Assembly: GCA_001794055.1 (NCBI GenBank)
Contig: MGJB01000006.1
Span: forward strand, 26,168 to 90,167
Direction of reading: 5' to 3'
DNA length: 64,000 bases
DNA from: Candidatus Yanofskybacteria bacterium RIFCSPHIGHO2_01_FULL_41_26
Lineage (GTDB): Bacteria; Patescibacteriota; Minisyncoccia; 2-02-FULL-40-12; GWA2-44-9
The notes under the pieces are model-generated. The model saw only the letters and a program-made list of their open reading frames with translations. It was not told the DNA's origin and ran no database searches. Positions 54,633-64,000 of the stretch are shown here, one piece after another (the stretch's first letter is position 1; every line of letters starts with the position of its first letter). The position numbers and the translations under genes were made by a program.

Positions 54633-55640
54633 TTGGGAATAATTATTAAGATGGTAAACTGGAAAAAAACTAAAGTATTTGTAACTGGATCGAACGGTTT
54701 TTTGGGCAGTCATTTGGTAAAAAAGCTGATCGGTCTTGGGGCAAATCCATTATTGCTAATATACAAAGACCACCCCGGATCTATTTTTAATCAAGAAAAA
54801 CTTGATAAAAAAACTCAGATAATCAAGGGTGACGTCAGGGATCTTGTGCTTATCAAGCATATTCTCAATAAAAACAAGATAGATATAATTTTTCATCTAG
54901 CAGCTCAGCCGATAGTTGATCAAGCCCTCGATGATCCTATTGAAACATTTCAAACAAATATCCACGGAACCGTAAACATTCTCCAAGCTACATTAGTCAA
55001 CCGCGGGGTCAAAAAAATAATCGTTGCATCGTCGGATAAAGCTTACGGCCACAACGACAAACTACCTTACCGAGAAGATACTTCTCCTCTTCGCGGCATT
55101 TATCCTTACGAGGTTTCAAAAACATGCGCTGACCTTATCGCCCAAAGCTATCATAAAACTTTCGGCTTGCCTGTATGTATAACAAGGGCTTCTAATTTAT
55201 ACGGCCCCGGAGACCTTCATTTTAACAGAATAGTGCCAATGACCATTAAACAACTCCACGCTGGTCTTCCTCCCACAATAAGAGACCGGTCAGATTCAGT
55301 CAGGGACTATTTATATATAGAAGACGCCGCAGACGCATACATTAAGCTTGCCGAGAAGATGAATAAATCAATTTTCGGCCATGCTTTCAATTTCTCAACC
55401 AATAAACAGCTCTCTGCGGAAAAAGTCATATGCACCATCTCAAAAGCCATGAATAAGACAGAAATAGAGCCCATCACAATAAAAACGAGAGGTTGTGAAA
55501 TATATAAACAATATGCCTCATTCGATAAGGCCTTGAGGATAATGGGCTGGAAACCAAAACATTCTTTTAAAGAAGGTGCGGCGAAAACAATTCCATGGTA
55601 TGTCGATCATCTCAATAATAAAAAAAATCAAAATATTTGA
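54633..55640 (+). CDS. Extended SDR, CDP-glucose 4,6-dehydratase-like.
   Basis: VFVTGSNGFLGSHLV parallels DdhB-type VLLTGHTGFKGSWL. YEVSKTCAD (YxxxK). 335 aa. Confidence 0.6.
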   Translation: MGIIIKMVNWKKTKVFVTGSNGFLGSHLVKKLIGLGANPLLLIYKDHPGSIFNQEKLDKKTQIIKGDVRDLVLIKHILNKNKIDIIFHLAAQPIVDQALDDPIETFQTNIHGTVNILQATLVNRGVKKIIVASSDKAYGHNDKLPYREDTSPLRGIYPYEVSKTCADLIAQSYHKTFGLPVCITRASNLYGPGDLHFNRIVPMTIKQLHAGLPPTIRDRSDSVRDYLYIEDAADAYIKLAEKMNKSIFGHAFNFSTNKQLSAEKVICTISKAMNKTEIEPITIKTRGCEIYKQYASFDKALRIMGWKPKHSFKEGAAKTIPWYVDHLNNKKNQNI

Positions 55641-56556
55641 TCTCGGAACCTTTCAAAAAATACTTATCACCGGAGGGACAGGGTTTTTGGGAAGCGCAAT
55701 AACCCGCCTTTTATCTGACAACGGTTATAAACTTTTTGTGTTAAAGAGGACCGGTTCAGATACTTACAGGATTAATGATCTTATCAAGGAAGGGCGTGTA
55801 AACCTTATCGATATTGACAACGAAGACCTGTTTGAAGTTTTTAAATTCCAAAAATTCGATATTGTTATTCATGCGGCCACATCTTATGGAAGAAATGACC
55901 AGACCCATGAAGAGATAGCGAAGGTAAATATTGAATTGCCGGCAAAACTTCTTGAGTTTGCAATAGCAAACAAGTCAAAATTATTTATAAACACGGATAC
56001 TTTTTTTGAACTTACCGGCGATGATAACCAAAGAGATCTAGAATACATCAAAACAAAAAAGGGGTTTTTAAAACTGGCAGAAAACACGGCTAAAAATATA
56101 ACCAAATTCGCCAACCTGCGGCTTGAACATGTTTACGGTCCGGACGATAACCCAACAAAATTTGTTCCCTTCCTAATAAGAAAGCTCTGCCACGGAAACA
56201 CCGTAGATTTCAACCCCGGGGAACATAAACGGGATTTTATTTATTTAGAGGACGTGGCCAATGCATTTCTGCAGACAATTAAAAATCTAAAAAAACTCGG
56301 CCCATGGGAGGAATTTGGAATCGGCACGGAAGAGATCCATACAATTAAAGACCTCGGGGAAGAGATAAGAAATCACCTAACCAGATCCGGCGCCATCAAT
56401 TGGGGGGCTAAGCCCTACTCGATCGGAGAAAATATGCACTCAAAGGGCGCCGACACTTCGAACAACCAAAAGATTGGCTGGGGATGCACATATTCATTTG
56501 ACAAAGGTGTAAAAAAAACCGTAGAATCATATTTAAAATCTTATGAAAAAAAATAA
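55600..56556 (+). CDS. NAD-dependent epimerase/dehydratase (extended SDR).
   Basis: ILITGGTGFLGSAITRLL Rossmann motif. The ORF track begins at 55576. Either start overlaps the upstream gene by about 40-65 nt. Confidence 0.65.
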   Translation: MSIISIIKKIKIFDLGTFQKILITGGTGFLGSAITRLLSDNGYKLFVLKRTGSDTYRINDLIKEGRVNLIDIDNEDLFEVFKFQKFDIVIHAATSYGRNDQTHEEIAKVNIELPAKLLEFAIANKSKLFINTDTFFELTGDDNQRDLEYIKTKKGFLKLAENTAKNITKFANLRLEHVYGPDDNPTKFVPFLIRKLCHGNTVDFNPGEHKRDFIYLEDVANAFLQTIKNLKKLGPWEEFGIGTEEIHTIKDLGEEIRNHLTRSGAINWGAKPYSIGENMHSKGADTSNNQKIGWGCTYSFDKGVKKTVESYLKSYEKK

Positions 56557-57748
56557 ACAATTGAGAATCCCTTATGCAATGGCAGTCTTCGGCAAAGAGG
56601 AGATTAGGGCCGTAAACAGCGTTCTCAAAACGCCTCAAATAGTGGCCGGCAAAAAGGCGGAGGAATTTGAAGCAAAAATCGCGGGTTTATTCGGCAAAAA
56701 AAACGGAATATTTGTAAACTCAGGTTCTTCAGCTAATTTACTTGCTCTTGAGGCTTTAAATTTGCCCAAAAATTCTGAAGTGATCACGCCTGTTTTAACT
56801 TTTGGAACAACCGTTGCCCCGATAGTCAAAATGGGGCTCGTTCCAGCGTTTATTGACATCGATATGCGCAAATTTACCATAAAAGAAAAAGATATCGAAA
56901 AACTAATAGGGCCAAAAACAAAAGCTCTGATGATACCCTCATTATTCGGCAATATCCCCGATCTTCCGTTAATAAGAAGAATTGCCAAAAAACACGATTT
57001 GTTTTTTATAGAAGATTCATGCGACACCCTTGGAGCGACCATTGGTGGTAAAAAAACGGGAACTTTTTCGGACATTTCAACAACAAGTTTTTATGCAGCT
57101 CATGTTATTACAGCCGCCGGTGAAGGAGGCATGATCTGTGTAAATAACGATGAATGGAACCAGCGGATTAGAATGTTAAGCGGGTGGGGACGCTTTTCTT
57201 CTCTCAATGAGACCGAGAATATAGACAAGAGAGTAAACAAGAAGTTTTTTGGTTTTGAATATGATTCAAAATTTACATTTACAGAAATAGGATACAACCT
57301 GCGAACCACGGACATAAGCGCGGCTTTTGGTCTGGAACAGCTAAAAAAACTTGATAAAAACTCTTCAATAAGAAGAAGTAATTTTTTGACAATCAAAAAA
57401 TTTCTCTCTGATTACGATGAGTTCTTCTCATTACCGGAACAAAGAAGAGATGTAGAGACCAACTGGTTAGCATTTCCGATAACAATCAGGCCAGGAGCCC
57501 CATTCACGCGAAATGAAATAGTTAAACACCTTGAATACAACGACATCCAAACAAGACCAGTATTCACCGGAAACATTCTCAAACAACCCGGGTTTAAAAA
57601 AATAAAGCATGTCGCTCTCAAAGAGGGATACCCCAATGCTGATTTTATAATGATAAACTCGTTTGTAATAGGATGCCATCATGGACTCCACAAGAAACAT
57701 CTAACCAAACTATTCGATGTTTTTGAAAAATTCTTATCGACTGTATAG
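56543..57748 (+). CDS. Second DegT-family enzyme with a His-for-Lys active site, i.e. a ColD/E1-like sugar 3-dehydratase paralog.
   Basis: Aminotransferase-fold motifs (NSGSSANLL). Active-site segment TSFYAAHVITAAGEGG has His at the position of the PLP lysine. 401 aa. Confidence 0.6.
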   Translation: MKKNKQLRIPYAMAVFGKEEIRAVNSVLKTPQIVAGKKAEEFEAKIAGLFGKKNGIFVNSGSSANLLALEALNLPKNSEVITPVLTFGTTVAPIVKMGLVPAFIDIDMRKFTIKEKDIEKLIGPKTKALMIPSLFGNIPDLPLIRRIAKKHDLFFIEDSCDTLGATIGGKKTGTFSDISTTSFYAAHVITAAGEGGMICVNNDEWNQRIRMLSGWGRFSSLNETENIDKRVNKKFFGFEYDSKFTFTEIGYNLRTTDISAAFGLEQLKKLDKNSSIRRSNFLTIKKFLSDYDEFFSLPEQRRDVETNWLAFPITIRPGAPFTRNEIVKHLEYNDIQTRPVFTGNILKQPGFKKIKHVALKEGYPNADFIMINSFVIGCHHGLHKKHLTKLFDVFEKFLSTV

Positions 57749-60104
57749 TTTCATATCGTCTCGCAAATATATTCTGCTCGTTATTTTGTCGGCGGTTATT
57801 ATTTTTTTTCCGGCTCTCTCCGGACGGAATGTAATATTAAATAAGGATATAATATTCCTCTATTTGCCAGGTCTTCAATTTATATATGACCAGGGATTGA
57901 CGCTACATCCTTACTTGTGGTATTCGGAAATTGTCGGCGGCATACCGATATTTGCCACGCAATTCGGCATTTCTTTCCACCCTATTTATAAAATATTGAT
58001 CTATCTCTTGGGGCCAATTTCGGCATTTAATTGGACAACTTTTATCAATTTAATCGCGGGGATTGTTTCTGCTTATTGGTTTGGCAAAATGGCCTTAAAA
58101 ACAAACTTAGGCGCCGCTATATTTGCCTCCATATTTTCATTTAGCCAGATGAATATGGAACAAATATATTTTCCATCCGTATCTCCATTTTTTTATGTGC
58201 TACCGCTGACTTTCGGCTTTGTTTATAAAATAAATCAAGGCAAAAAATGGTATTCGGTATTTTTGATACTGCTCTGGGCATCAGCTTGGCTTATAGGACA
58301 TCCGCAATTTGCGTTTTATACCGCATCAGCATCTTTGCTGTTCGCTTTATTTCTAGATCTTAGTCGACTATCTTTTTCTATCAAAAAGCCTAATCTAACC
58401 ACAACTGCTTTTCTTGTAGCCGGATTAACGGCAGGAATTTTAATCGCCTCACCGTGGATATTAAGGTCAACCTTTCTCGTTGAATTATCATCCCGTGCTG
58501 AAATAAAAACACTTGACAAGCTTCTTCTAGGCGCAATAAACCCGTTGACGCTTGTTCGTTTTATTTACCCTTCTTTTTTAATTCCTGTTTTTAACATAAC
58601 TTGCTGCGGAGGAGGAGTGCTTTACGTGGGAACCGCCGCTTTGGTTCTGGCATTTTCTTCATTCTTTATGTCGGCAACCAAAATCATAAAATTCTTTAGA
58701 ATTGTCTTTGTTTCATTTTTTATAATCGCTTTACAGATACCGCCTCTAATAAACATTGTCTTCCATTTACCCGTTATAAAATATTTCCTCTACCCATTCA
58801 GGACTATTTTTATATCTAATTTTGCCTTGGCTATGCTTGTAGCCTATGCCCTTGAAACTATTTACGAAAATGGGCTATCACAAAAAGTGCGCAAAACATT
58901 CCATATTGGTTTTATATTTTTAGCATTATCCGGCTTAATAATGCTTTCTATTGGATTTTTACTCCCATATTTTGAAAATATTTTTATAAAAACGGCTAGT
59001 TTCTATCTAACTTCTAATCCGGCCACTGAAACAACTCCCGATCAATATTTCAAGGTTATAGATTCAGTATTTCAAAAAATCCTGTACCAATTTTCTTTCA
59101 CCAACCGCGGTTACTTGGTATCGCTGATATTTCTTTTCGCCCCAAGTGCTCTGTATTTGGTCTCGATATTAAAACGATGGGACAACAAAAAATTAGCAGC
59201 ATATTTGGCTTTTCTTATTATCACCGGGCCAGCTATTGTGTGGCTGCCTTATTACAGATATACCGCAACTGATATTATTAAAAAGATTCCCGATACGGCA
59301 AACTATATTAAATCTGTTAAGGACGGACAAAAATTTAGAGTCCTTAGAATGACCAGACCTCAAGGCGACTATGAAAGATCCGGATTTCACTTGGGAGATA
59401 CCGAGGCTCTTTACGATCTTTACATGGAAAGCGCCATCTCTAATTCCAACATATTTTATGGCTTAGATTCCATAAACGGATATGAAAACTTTATGAGCCG
59501 AAGACACATGATAACCCTGCCCTTTTTAGATGATTTCCCGGCGAATAAGAAAAAACTGCCGGATTTATTAGCAATCATGAACGTTAAATATCTTCTTAGT
59601 TCTTATGATCTGACTGCCCCATTTGAAAAAGTTTACACAAAAAACTTAAAGTATCAAACAAAAATTTATATATATGAAAATAAAAACTTTTTGCCCAGGA
59701 TATACTTCCCTAATAAAATTAAATTTACTCAAACCGAATCAGAAAAAGATCTTTTCAATGAATTACTATCGATAAAAAACAATGCCAGAGAAGCTATAAT
59801 TGAATGTACAAACAAGTGTGAGCCAGGCTTTTATGACCCAAACGATAAGATTGACATTGTTGTTTCAAAAAACGGTTATTATAAAATAAAAACAACTTCG
59901 AAAAATCAAAACTGGCTGATTGTAAGCGAATCATATTACCCGGGCTGGGAAGCAAAAATTGATAACATTCCCACTAGAATACATAGAGCTAATTTTTTAT
60001 TCGGAGCAATTTTGCTGACAAAGGGAGAGCATATAATTGAATACGAATATAATCCGACTAGAATCTTCGACAAGAATACTTTAAAATTGCTTTACAAACG
60101 ATAA
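57717..60104 (+). CDS. Large polytopic membrane protein, YfhO-like / GT-C-like putative glycosyltransferase.
   Basis: 795 aa. More than 12 N-terminal TM helices, then a C-terminal soluble domain. Size and topology resemble YfhO-family proteins that glycosylate wall polymers. Confidence 0.4.
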   Translation: MFLKNSYRLYSFISSRKYILLVILSAVIIFFPALSGRNVILNKDIIFLYLPGLQFIYDQGLTLHPYLWYSEIVGGIPIFATQFGISFHPIYKILIYLLGPISAFNWTTFINLIAGIVSAYWFGKMALKTNLGAAIFASIFSFSQMNMEQIYFPSVSPFFYVLPLTFGFVYKINQGKKWYSVFLILLWASAWLIGHPQFAFYTASASLLFALFLDLSRLSFSIKKPNLTTTAFLVAGLTAGILIASPWILRSTFLVELSSRAEIKTLDKLLLGAINPLTLVRFIYPSFLIPVFNITCCGGGVLYVGTAALVLAFSSFFMSATKIIKFFRIVFVSFFIIALQIPPLINIVFHLPVIKYFLYPFRTIFISNFALAMLVAYALETIYENGLSQKVRKTFHIGFIFLALSGLIMLSIGFLLPYFENIFIKTASFYLTSNPATETTPDQYFKVIDSVFQKILYQFSFTNRGYLVSLIFLFAPSALYLVSILKRWDNKKLAAYLAFLIITGPAIVWLPYYRYTATDIIKKIPDTANYIKSVKDGQKFRVLRMTRPQGDYERSGFHLGDTEALYDLYMESAISNSNIFYGLDSINGYENFMSRRHMITLPFLDDFPANKKKLPDLLAIMNVKYLLSSYDLTAPFEKVYTKNLKYQTKIYIYENKNFLPRIYFPNKIKFTQTESEKDLFNELLSIKNNAREAIIECTNKCEPGFYDPNDKIDIVVSKNGYYKIKTTSKNQNWLIVSESYYPGWEAKIDNIPTRIHRANFLFGAILLTKGEHIIEYEYNPTRIFDKNTLKLLYKR

Positions 60105-61460
60105 CAAAATATTTGCGATCCTTTCTCCCGCTTTCCCGTCTATTTTATATAGATGCTGTTTAACTATTTCGTCTCTCCCGCTTTGATCCAAGGTTGGATT
60201 TTTCAAGTACGCGTTTATTGCCATTATCCATTCTTCTTTGCTTTTTACAACTTTAGTTCCTCCACACCTTACAAGATTATACAAACAATCTTCCCGATTG
60301 TAACGCTTAACGCTCCTTATATACGGTTTTTTTTCAAAACCATCGAAACTAACCATAATCTGGGGCTTATTGAATACGGATGAGTCCAACCCAAGTGAGG
60401 TGGCTACATACATTACAATATCAGAATAATAAATTGAGTTTCTTAAATGTTCACTGTCTTGCGGTCTAAATTCAATATTTTTTCTATCTCCGGCTTTGGT
60501 CATATGTCCAGGATTATCAATGATAAACGAGGGGTCGCCAGCAAACTTAGACAAATCCGCAGGATGTTGGGGATGGTTTCGGACAAGAAATTGTACATTT
60601 TCTGGCAAAGAACCGTTTTCTAGCGCCTCTTTTAATATCTGGCAAAGTTGCCAATCGGTATTCGACAAAACAGCGCCCGCAGGAGCAAATAATATTAGTT
60701 TTTTACTCGGATCAGCGCCTATCCTTGCAAAAAAATGCTCGCGAGTTTCTGTGGGTCCTGATAACCAAACATCAAATTGAGGCAAACCCGCTACAAAGAT
60801 ATCATCCGCCTGATAATCATGAATTTCTATAAGCTCATTTTTAACAGTCGGACTATTTACTATTATTTTATCCGGCATTAAACGCAATATGCCCTTAGTG
60901 GTTGTATTATCCCAAGACCTTACCATTGTTATCAAGGGGGTTTTTCTCGATCTTGCTTCTTTCATAAACCAGATGTCTATTTCACCAAAAGAATCGGCCG
61001 CAAAAACAAAATCAGGATTAAATTTATCAAAATAAGGTTTAAGCGCCCTTCGTTCAGAGAAAAAAAGGTCAAATACTCTGTAGATGGGGTGGAAAATTAA
61101 AATACTGCTAAGGACATAAGAAACCAAACCAACCCACTTATAATTAAGATATCCGGCAATGTTTTTGTTATTTTCGTATCTTTCTAATCGCTGATCCTTA
61201 ATGTATTGGCTGTTTTCCAACAAAAAAGAAAGCCTGTATAATTTTTTATTCCAAGGCCTCCTGATGAATTGATCCATATCCAAACCCTCAAAAGCAACTC
61301 TGGGTCCTCCATAAAACTGTTGAAAAAAGTTAACCTTATCAGGCGGACAAAAAATTACAATATTAAGCCCTTCCTCTTTCTTCAAGATCTTGAGAACGTC
61401 CGTATTGAATAAGTTGCGGGAAATAAAAGTATTGTAAGCCGAAATAATTATAGTTTTCAT
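60081..61460 (-). CDS. Putative CDP-glycerol glycerophosphotransferase / capsule-synthesis GT-B-like protein (TagF/KpsS-like).
   Basis: 459 aa soluble Rossmann-rich protein. His-containing HPQHP segment. It sits between the YfhO-like and GT4 genes. The assignment is tentative. Confidence 0.3.
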   Translation of the reverse strand: MKTIIISAYNTFISRNLFNTDVLKILKKEEGLNIVIFCPPDKVNFFQQFYGGPRVAFEGLDMDQFIRRPWNKKLYRLSFLLENSQYIKDQRLERYENNKNIAGYLNYKWVGLVSYVLSSILIFHPIYRVFDLFFSERRALKPYFDKFNPDFVFAADSFGEIDIWFMKEARSRKTPLITMVRSWDNTTTKGILRLMPDKIIVNSPTVKNELIEIHDYQADDIFVAGLPQFDVWLSGPTETREHFFARIGADPSKKLILFAPAGAVLSNTDWQLCQILKEALENGSLPENVQFLVRNHPQHPADLSKFAGDPSFIIDNPGHMTKAGDRKNIEFRPQDSEHLRNSIYYSDIVMYVATSLGLDSSVFNKPQIMVSFDGFEKKPYIRSVKRYNREDCLYNLVRCGGTKVVKSKEEWIMAINAYLKNPTLDQSGRDEIVKQHLYKIDGKAGERIANILLSFVKQF

Positions 61461-62521
61461 AATAATGCTTTGTAAGCATCCAAGTATTTTGGGATGACGC
61501 CCGATAGATCATTCCATCTGGCCCATTCATAACTTTCCTGACTCATTTTTGCAAACCTGACTGAATCGGAAAGAATAGAAATAATAGCATCGGCGGTTCC
61601 CTGAATATTATTTTGAGATACGAGAATTCCGTTATATCCGTCCCAAACCGCATCTTCGATGCCATTGCCCCTAGTGCCGATAACCGGCAATCCGGCCGCT
61701 GCCGCCTCCAGAAATACCAGGCCATAGCCCTCAAAATGATGGCTGTTGTTTACCGATGTTAATACAAAAACGTCGGCTCGGGAATATAGGTCGTTTAATT
61801 GTTCGTCGGGAATATTCTCCAAAAACTCTACACTAGTCTCTACGCCGTGATCTTTTGCGATTTTTGCCAATGAAGCGAAGTAGTTTGAATCCTTCCGATC
61901 ACCTACAATTTTGTATTTTAAATTTGGTTGTTGTTTTTTTGCCAAAGCAAAAGCGGGAATGGAAATATGATATCCTTTGCGAAATTTCAGCGCGCCCACG
62001 CTTAGAATAAAATTCTCGGACGATTCTTGTCTGGTTTTGTGGAAATTTTGAAAATTAATGCCGGGATTTATCACAAACACATTTCTCAATTCTACTCTTT
62101 TAAGGAGCTCACCTCTCGTGAAATTGCTGATAGCGATAACGGCTTCGGCGGATTTGAAAGCCGTCCCGGAAAGCCATCGTGTTTTTGGGTTATAGAGAGG
62201 CGCCACAGAATATGTCCCCAGAGCTGTTATCATTAATTTTTTATTCAAAAACATATTGGCAAGCCAAGCGATTATTCCATAAGGATACACATCAAAAGCG
62301 TGGACAATGTCACAATCCTTAAAATATTTTCTAACCTTAATAGCCGATAAAAACATCCCCGCTCCCCGTTTTAATACCGGTATTCCATCAAAACCGTCAT
62401 CCCTTTCTTTTAAAATAACCGCTTCGTGTCCGGATTTTTTTATTCCCATTACCAAATCGGAGGCATATCTGCCCCAGCCAGCCTTAGGATCCATATCGTG
62501 AGTTAGATATCCAATTTTCAT
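61457..62521 (-). CDS. GT4 family (GT-B, retaining) glycosyltransferase.
   Basis: C-terminal signature HFEGYGLVFLEAAAAGLPVIGT (EX7E-type motif). Confidence 0.8.
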   Translation of the reverse strand: MKIGYLTHDMDPKAGWGRYASDLVMGIKKSGHEAVILKERDDGFDGIPVLKRGAGMFLSAIKVRKYFKDCDIVHAFDVYPYGIIAWLANMFLNKKLMITALGTYSVAPLYNPKTRWLSGTAFKSAEAVIAISNFTRGELLKRVELRNVFVINPGINFQNFHKTRQESSENFILSVGALKFRKGYHISIPAFALAKKQQPNLKYKIVGDRKDSNYFASLAKIAKDHGVETSVEFLENIPDEQLNDLYSRADVFVLTSVNNSHHFEGYGLVFLEAAAAGLPVIGTRGNGIEDAVWDGYNGILVSQNNIQGTADAIISILSDSVRFAKMSQESYEWARWNDLSGVIPKYLDAYKALL

Positions 62522-62625
62522 ATGTTTAGAGGAGTAGTATTATTATCTTAAAAAAATGACATTTTTTCAAGTCCGATTAGGCCTTGTAAAAATTGAATTT
62601 TTTAACTAGAATTACCTCTGTAATT

Positions 62626-63636
62626 ATGACAAAAACACCTAACCTCAAAATAGCCCTCATTACCGGCCTTACCGGTCAAGACGGCTCGTACCTTGCCGAA
62701 ATTCTTTTGAAAAAAGGTTACGTTGTTCATGGCATCATCAGGCGAGCTTCGACCTTTAACACAGCGAGAATAAATCACCTCTATCAAGATCCCCACAACA
62801 GAAACAGAAAACTTTTCCTGCACTACGGAGATCTTGCTGACGCCGGCACCATCAGAAAAATAATTTACAAGGTCAAACCGGACGAAATTTATAATTTAGG
62901 CGCGCAAAGCCATGTTAAGGTTTCGTTTGAAATTCCTGAATATACGATGGACATCACTGGCAACGGTGCCTTGAGAATTCTTGAAGCAATAAGGGATTTT
63001 CAAAACGAAACCAAGAAAAAAGTAAAATTCTATCAAGCCTCATCTTCTGAAATGTTCGGTTCAGCTCCCCCGCCCCAAAATGAAAATACTCCACTTGTAC
63101 CCCAAAGCCCTTATGGTGCGGCGAAAGTCTTCGCCTGCAATATGACAAAACTTTACCGCGAGGCATATGGGATATTTGCTGTTAACGGAATACTTTTTAA
63201 CCACGAATCCGAGCGTCGAGGTGAAACGTTTGTCACCAGAAAAATCACCAGAGGAATCGCCAGAATAAAAGCCGGCCTGGACAAAAAGTTATATCTCGGC
63301 AACTTAGACGCCAAAAGAGATTGGGGCTATGCTCCGGAATATATGGAAGCCGCCTGGCTGATGATGCAGAAGCCAAAACCGAATGACTATGTAATCGGCA
63401 CCGGTGAAACACATACCGTAAGAGAGTTCGTTGAACTGGCTTTCAAAGAAGCAGGGTTGAGCAATTGGAAAAAATATGTTGAAACTGATCCGCGATATTA
63501 TCGCCCCGCCGAAGTAAATATTCTTATCGCCGATACAAGAAAAGCAAAGAAAATATTAAAATGGCACCCCAAAACCAAATTCAAAAACTTAGTAAAAATA
63601 ATGGTCTGGAACGACATCAATGAACTTAAAAAATAA
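62626..63636 (+). CDS. gmd: GDP-mannose 4,6-dehydratase.
   Basis: [28 protein letters not shown] is a near-consensus Gmd N-terminus. YGAAKVFAC (YxxxK). [16 protein letters not shown]. The ORF track begins at a TTG at 62593. The ATG at 62626 is preferred. Confidence 0.9.
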   Translation: MTKTPNLKIALITGLTGQDGSYLAEILLKKGYVVHGIIRRASTFNTARINHLYQDPHNRNRKLFLHYGDLADAGTIRKIIYKVKPDEIYNLGAQSHVKVSFEIPEYTMDITGNGALRILEAIRDFQNETKKKVKFYQASSSEMFGSAPPPQNENTPLVPQSPYGAAKVFACNMTKLYREAYGIFAVNGILFNHESERRGETFVTRKITRGIARIKAGLDKKLYLGNLDAKRDWGYAPEYMEAAWLMMQKPKPNDYVIGTGETHTVREFVELAFKEAGLSNWKKYVETDPRYYRPAEVNILIADTRKAKKILKWHPKTKFKNLVKIMVWNDINELKK

Positions 63637-64000
63637 AAAAATATTAGTCACTGGAGGGGCTGGGTTTCTCGGTTCTTTCGTCGTGCAGAAATTACTGAAA
63701 AGAGGCGTACCGAAGAAAAACATCTTTATCCCTCGCTCTAAAGACCTTGATTTGCGTAAATTGGAAAATTGCGTGAAAACAGTCAGGAACCAAGATATCG
63801 TTATTCATCTTGCAGCGATAGTCGGTGGAATTGGATACAATCAAAAAATTCCCGGCCAGATGTTCTATGATAATTTAATAATGGGGACACAACTTATGGA
63901 AGCAGCCAGACAAGGTGGGGTAGAAAAATTCATTGCAATCGGCACAATATGCGCTTATCCCAAATATACAAAGGTTCCCTTTGTAGAATCCGCGCTCTGG
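63620..64000 (+). CDS. fcl: GDP-L-fucose synthase (GDP-4-keto-6-deoxymannose 3,5-epimerase/4-reductase), partial; it runs off the window end.
   Basis: Translation [22 protein letters not shown]...[64 protein letters not shown] aligns with Fcl (HLAAKVGGI...SSCIYPK...P..ES.L). The start overlaps the gmd stop. Confidence 0.8.
   Translation, partial: MNLKNKKILVTGGAGFLGSFVVQKLLKRGVPKKNIFIPRSKDLDLRKLENCVKTVRNQDIVIHLAAIVGGIGYNQKIPGQMFYDNLIMGTQLMEAARQGGVEKFIAIGTICAYPKYTKVPFVESALW

Noticed and set aside
56543-57748. Calling this protein and the one at 27120-28313 ordinary DegT-family aminotransferases.
   Set aside because: Both carry His at the position where the aminotransferase at 10173-11306 in the same window has the Schiff-base Lys (SxSPTK). 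So a dehydratase (ColD/E1-like) call is preferred, pending a proper alignment.
1-64000. Archaeal origin, suggested by PdaD, the DPM1-like GT2 plus GT-C pair, and the many radical SAM genes.
   Set aside because: Near-consensus bacterial sigma-70 promoters (TTGACA/TATAAT at correct spacing), abundant GGAG Shine-Dalgarno sites, hairpin+T-tract intrinsic terminators, and bacterial-type genes (WbaP-like transferase, MsbA-like ABC, YfhO-like) all indicate a bacterium.
1-64000. Searched for tRNA/rRNA genes, CRISPR repeats, IS elements/transposases/integrases, and phage or defense genes.
   Set aside because: Intergenic regions are all under 230 nt and none shows a cloverleaf-like GTTC...TCC pattern. 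There are no regularly spaced direct repeats. I recognised no transposase, integrase or recombinase motif in any ORF. I found no evidence of a mobile element boundary in this window. Compositional shifts around the radical SAM genes are noted separately.

Overview
This is an AT-rich, almost fully coding 64 kb window from a bacterium. Sigma-70-like -35/-10 boxes, GGAG-type Shine-Dalgarno sites and hairpin+T-tract terminators are visible, so it is not archaeal. It looks like an uncultivated or reduced-genome lineage.

Essentially the whole window is one glycan-biosynthesis 'super-locus' made of several modules:

- **1..8837:** initiating polyprenyl-P sugar transferase, nucleotide-sugar dehydrogenase, GT2 plus GT-C pair, Wzx-like flippase and MsbA-like ABC exporter.
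- **8834..17269:** a complete nonulosonic-acid module on the minus strand. It is legionaminic/pseudaminic-type: aminotransferase, LbH acetyltransferase, hydrolysing 2-epimerase, NeuB-like synthase and CMP-transferase. It also carries a WbpG/HisH/HisF amidotransferase triad that would make an acetamidino derivative.
- **18983..22112:** two DUF115/Maf-like proteins, one fused to a GT2 domain.
- **22148..23152, 45650..46246:** heptose-type enzymes (GHMP kinase, GmhA).
- **46246..53931:** a second NeuB-like synthase, three KdsC-like phosphatase paralogs and a second CMP-transferase.
- **62626..64000 and 36499..38432:** GDP-fucose-type genes (Gmd, Fcl, Gmd-like).
- **27120..29248 and 53209..57748:** two 3,6-dideoxyhexose-type modules. 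Each has a DegT-family protein whose PLP lysine is replaced by histidine, as in ColD/E1 dehydratases.
- **23239..25122:** a fused TPP-dependent E1 alpha/beta enzyme.
- **57717..62521:** a wall-polymer module (YfhO-like, TagF-like, GT4).

The most unusual feature is five paralogous cobalamin-binding (class B) radical SAM genes plus one HemN-like (class C-type) radical SAM gene. They are embedded with a PhyH dioxygenase, a Nudix hydrolase, two class I methyltransferases and many SDR epimerase/reductases. Several of these genes are individually bracketed by hairpin terminators. Several use GTG starts behind GAGGG-type SD sites. They look G+C-richer than their surroundings.

I saw no rRNA, tRNA, CRISPR array or transposase. 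Manually indexed coordinates for small features (promoters, terminators, repeats) may be off by 1-2 nt.
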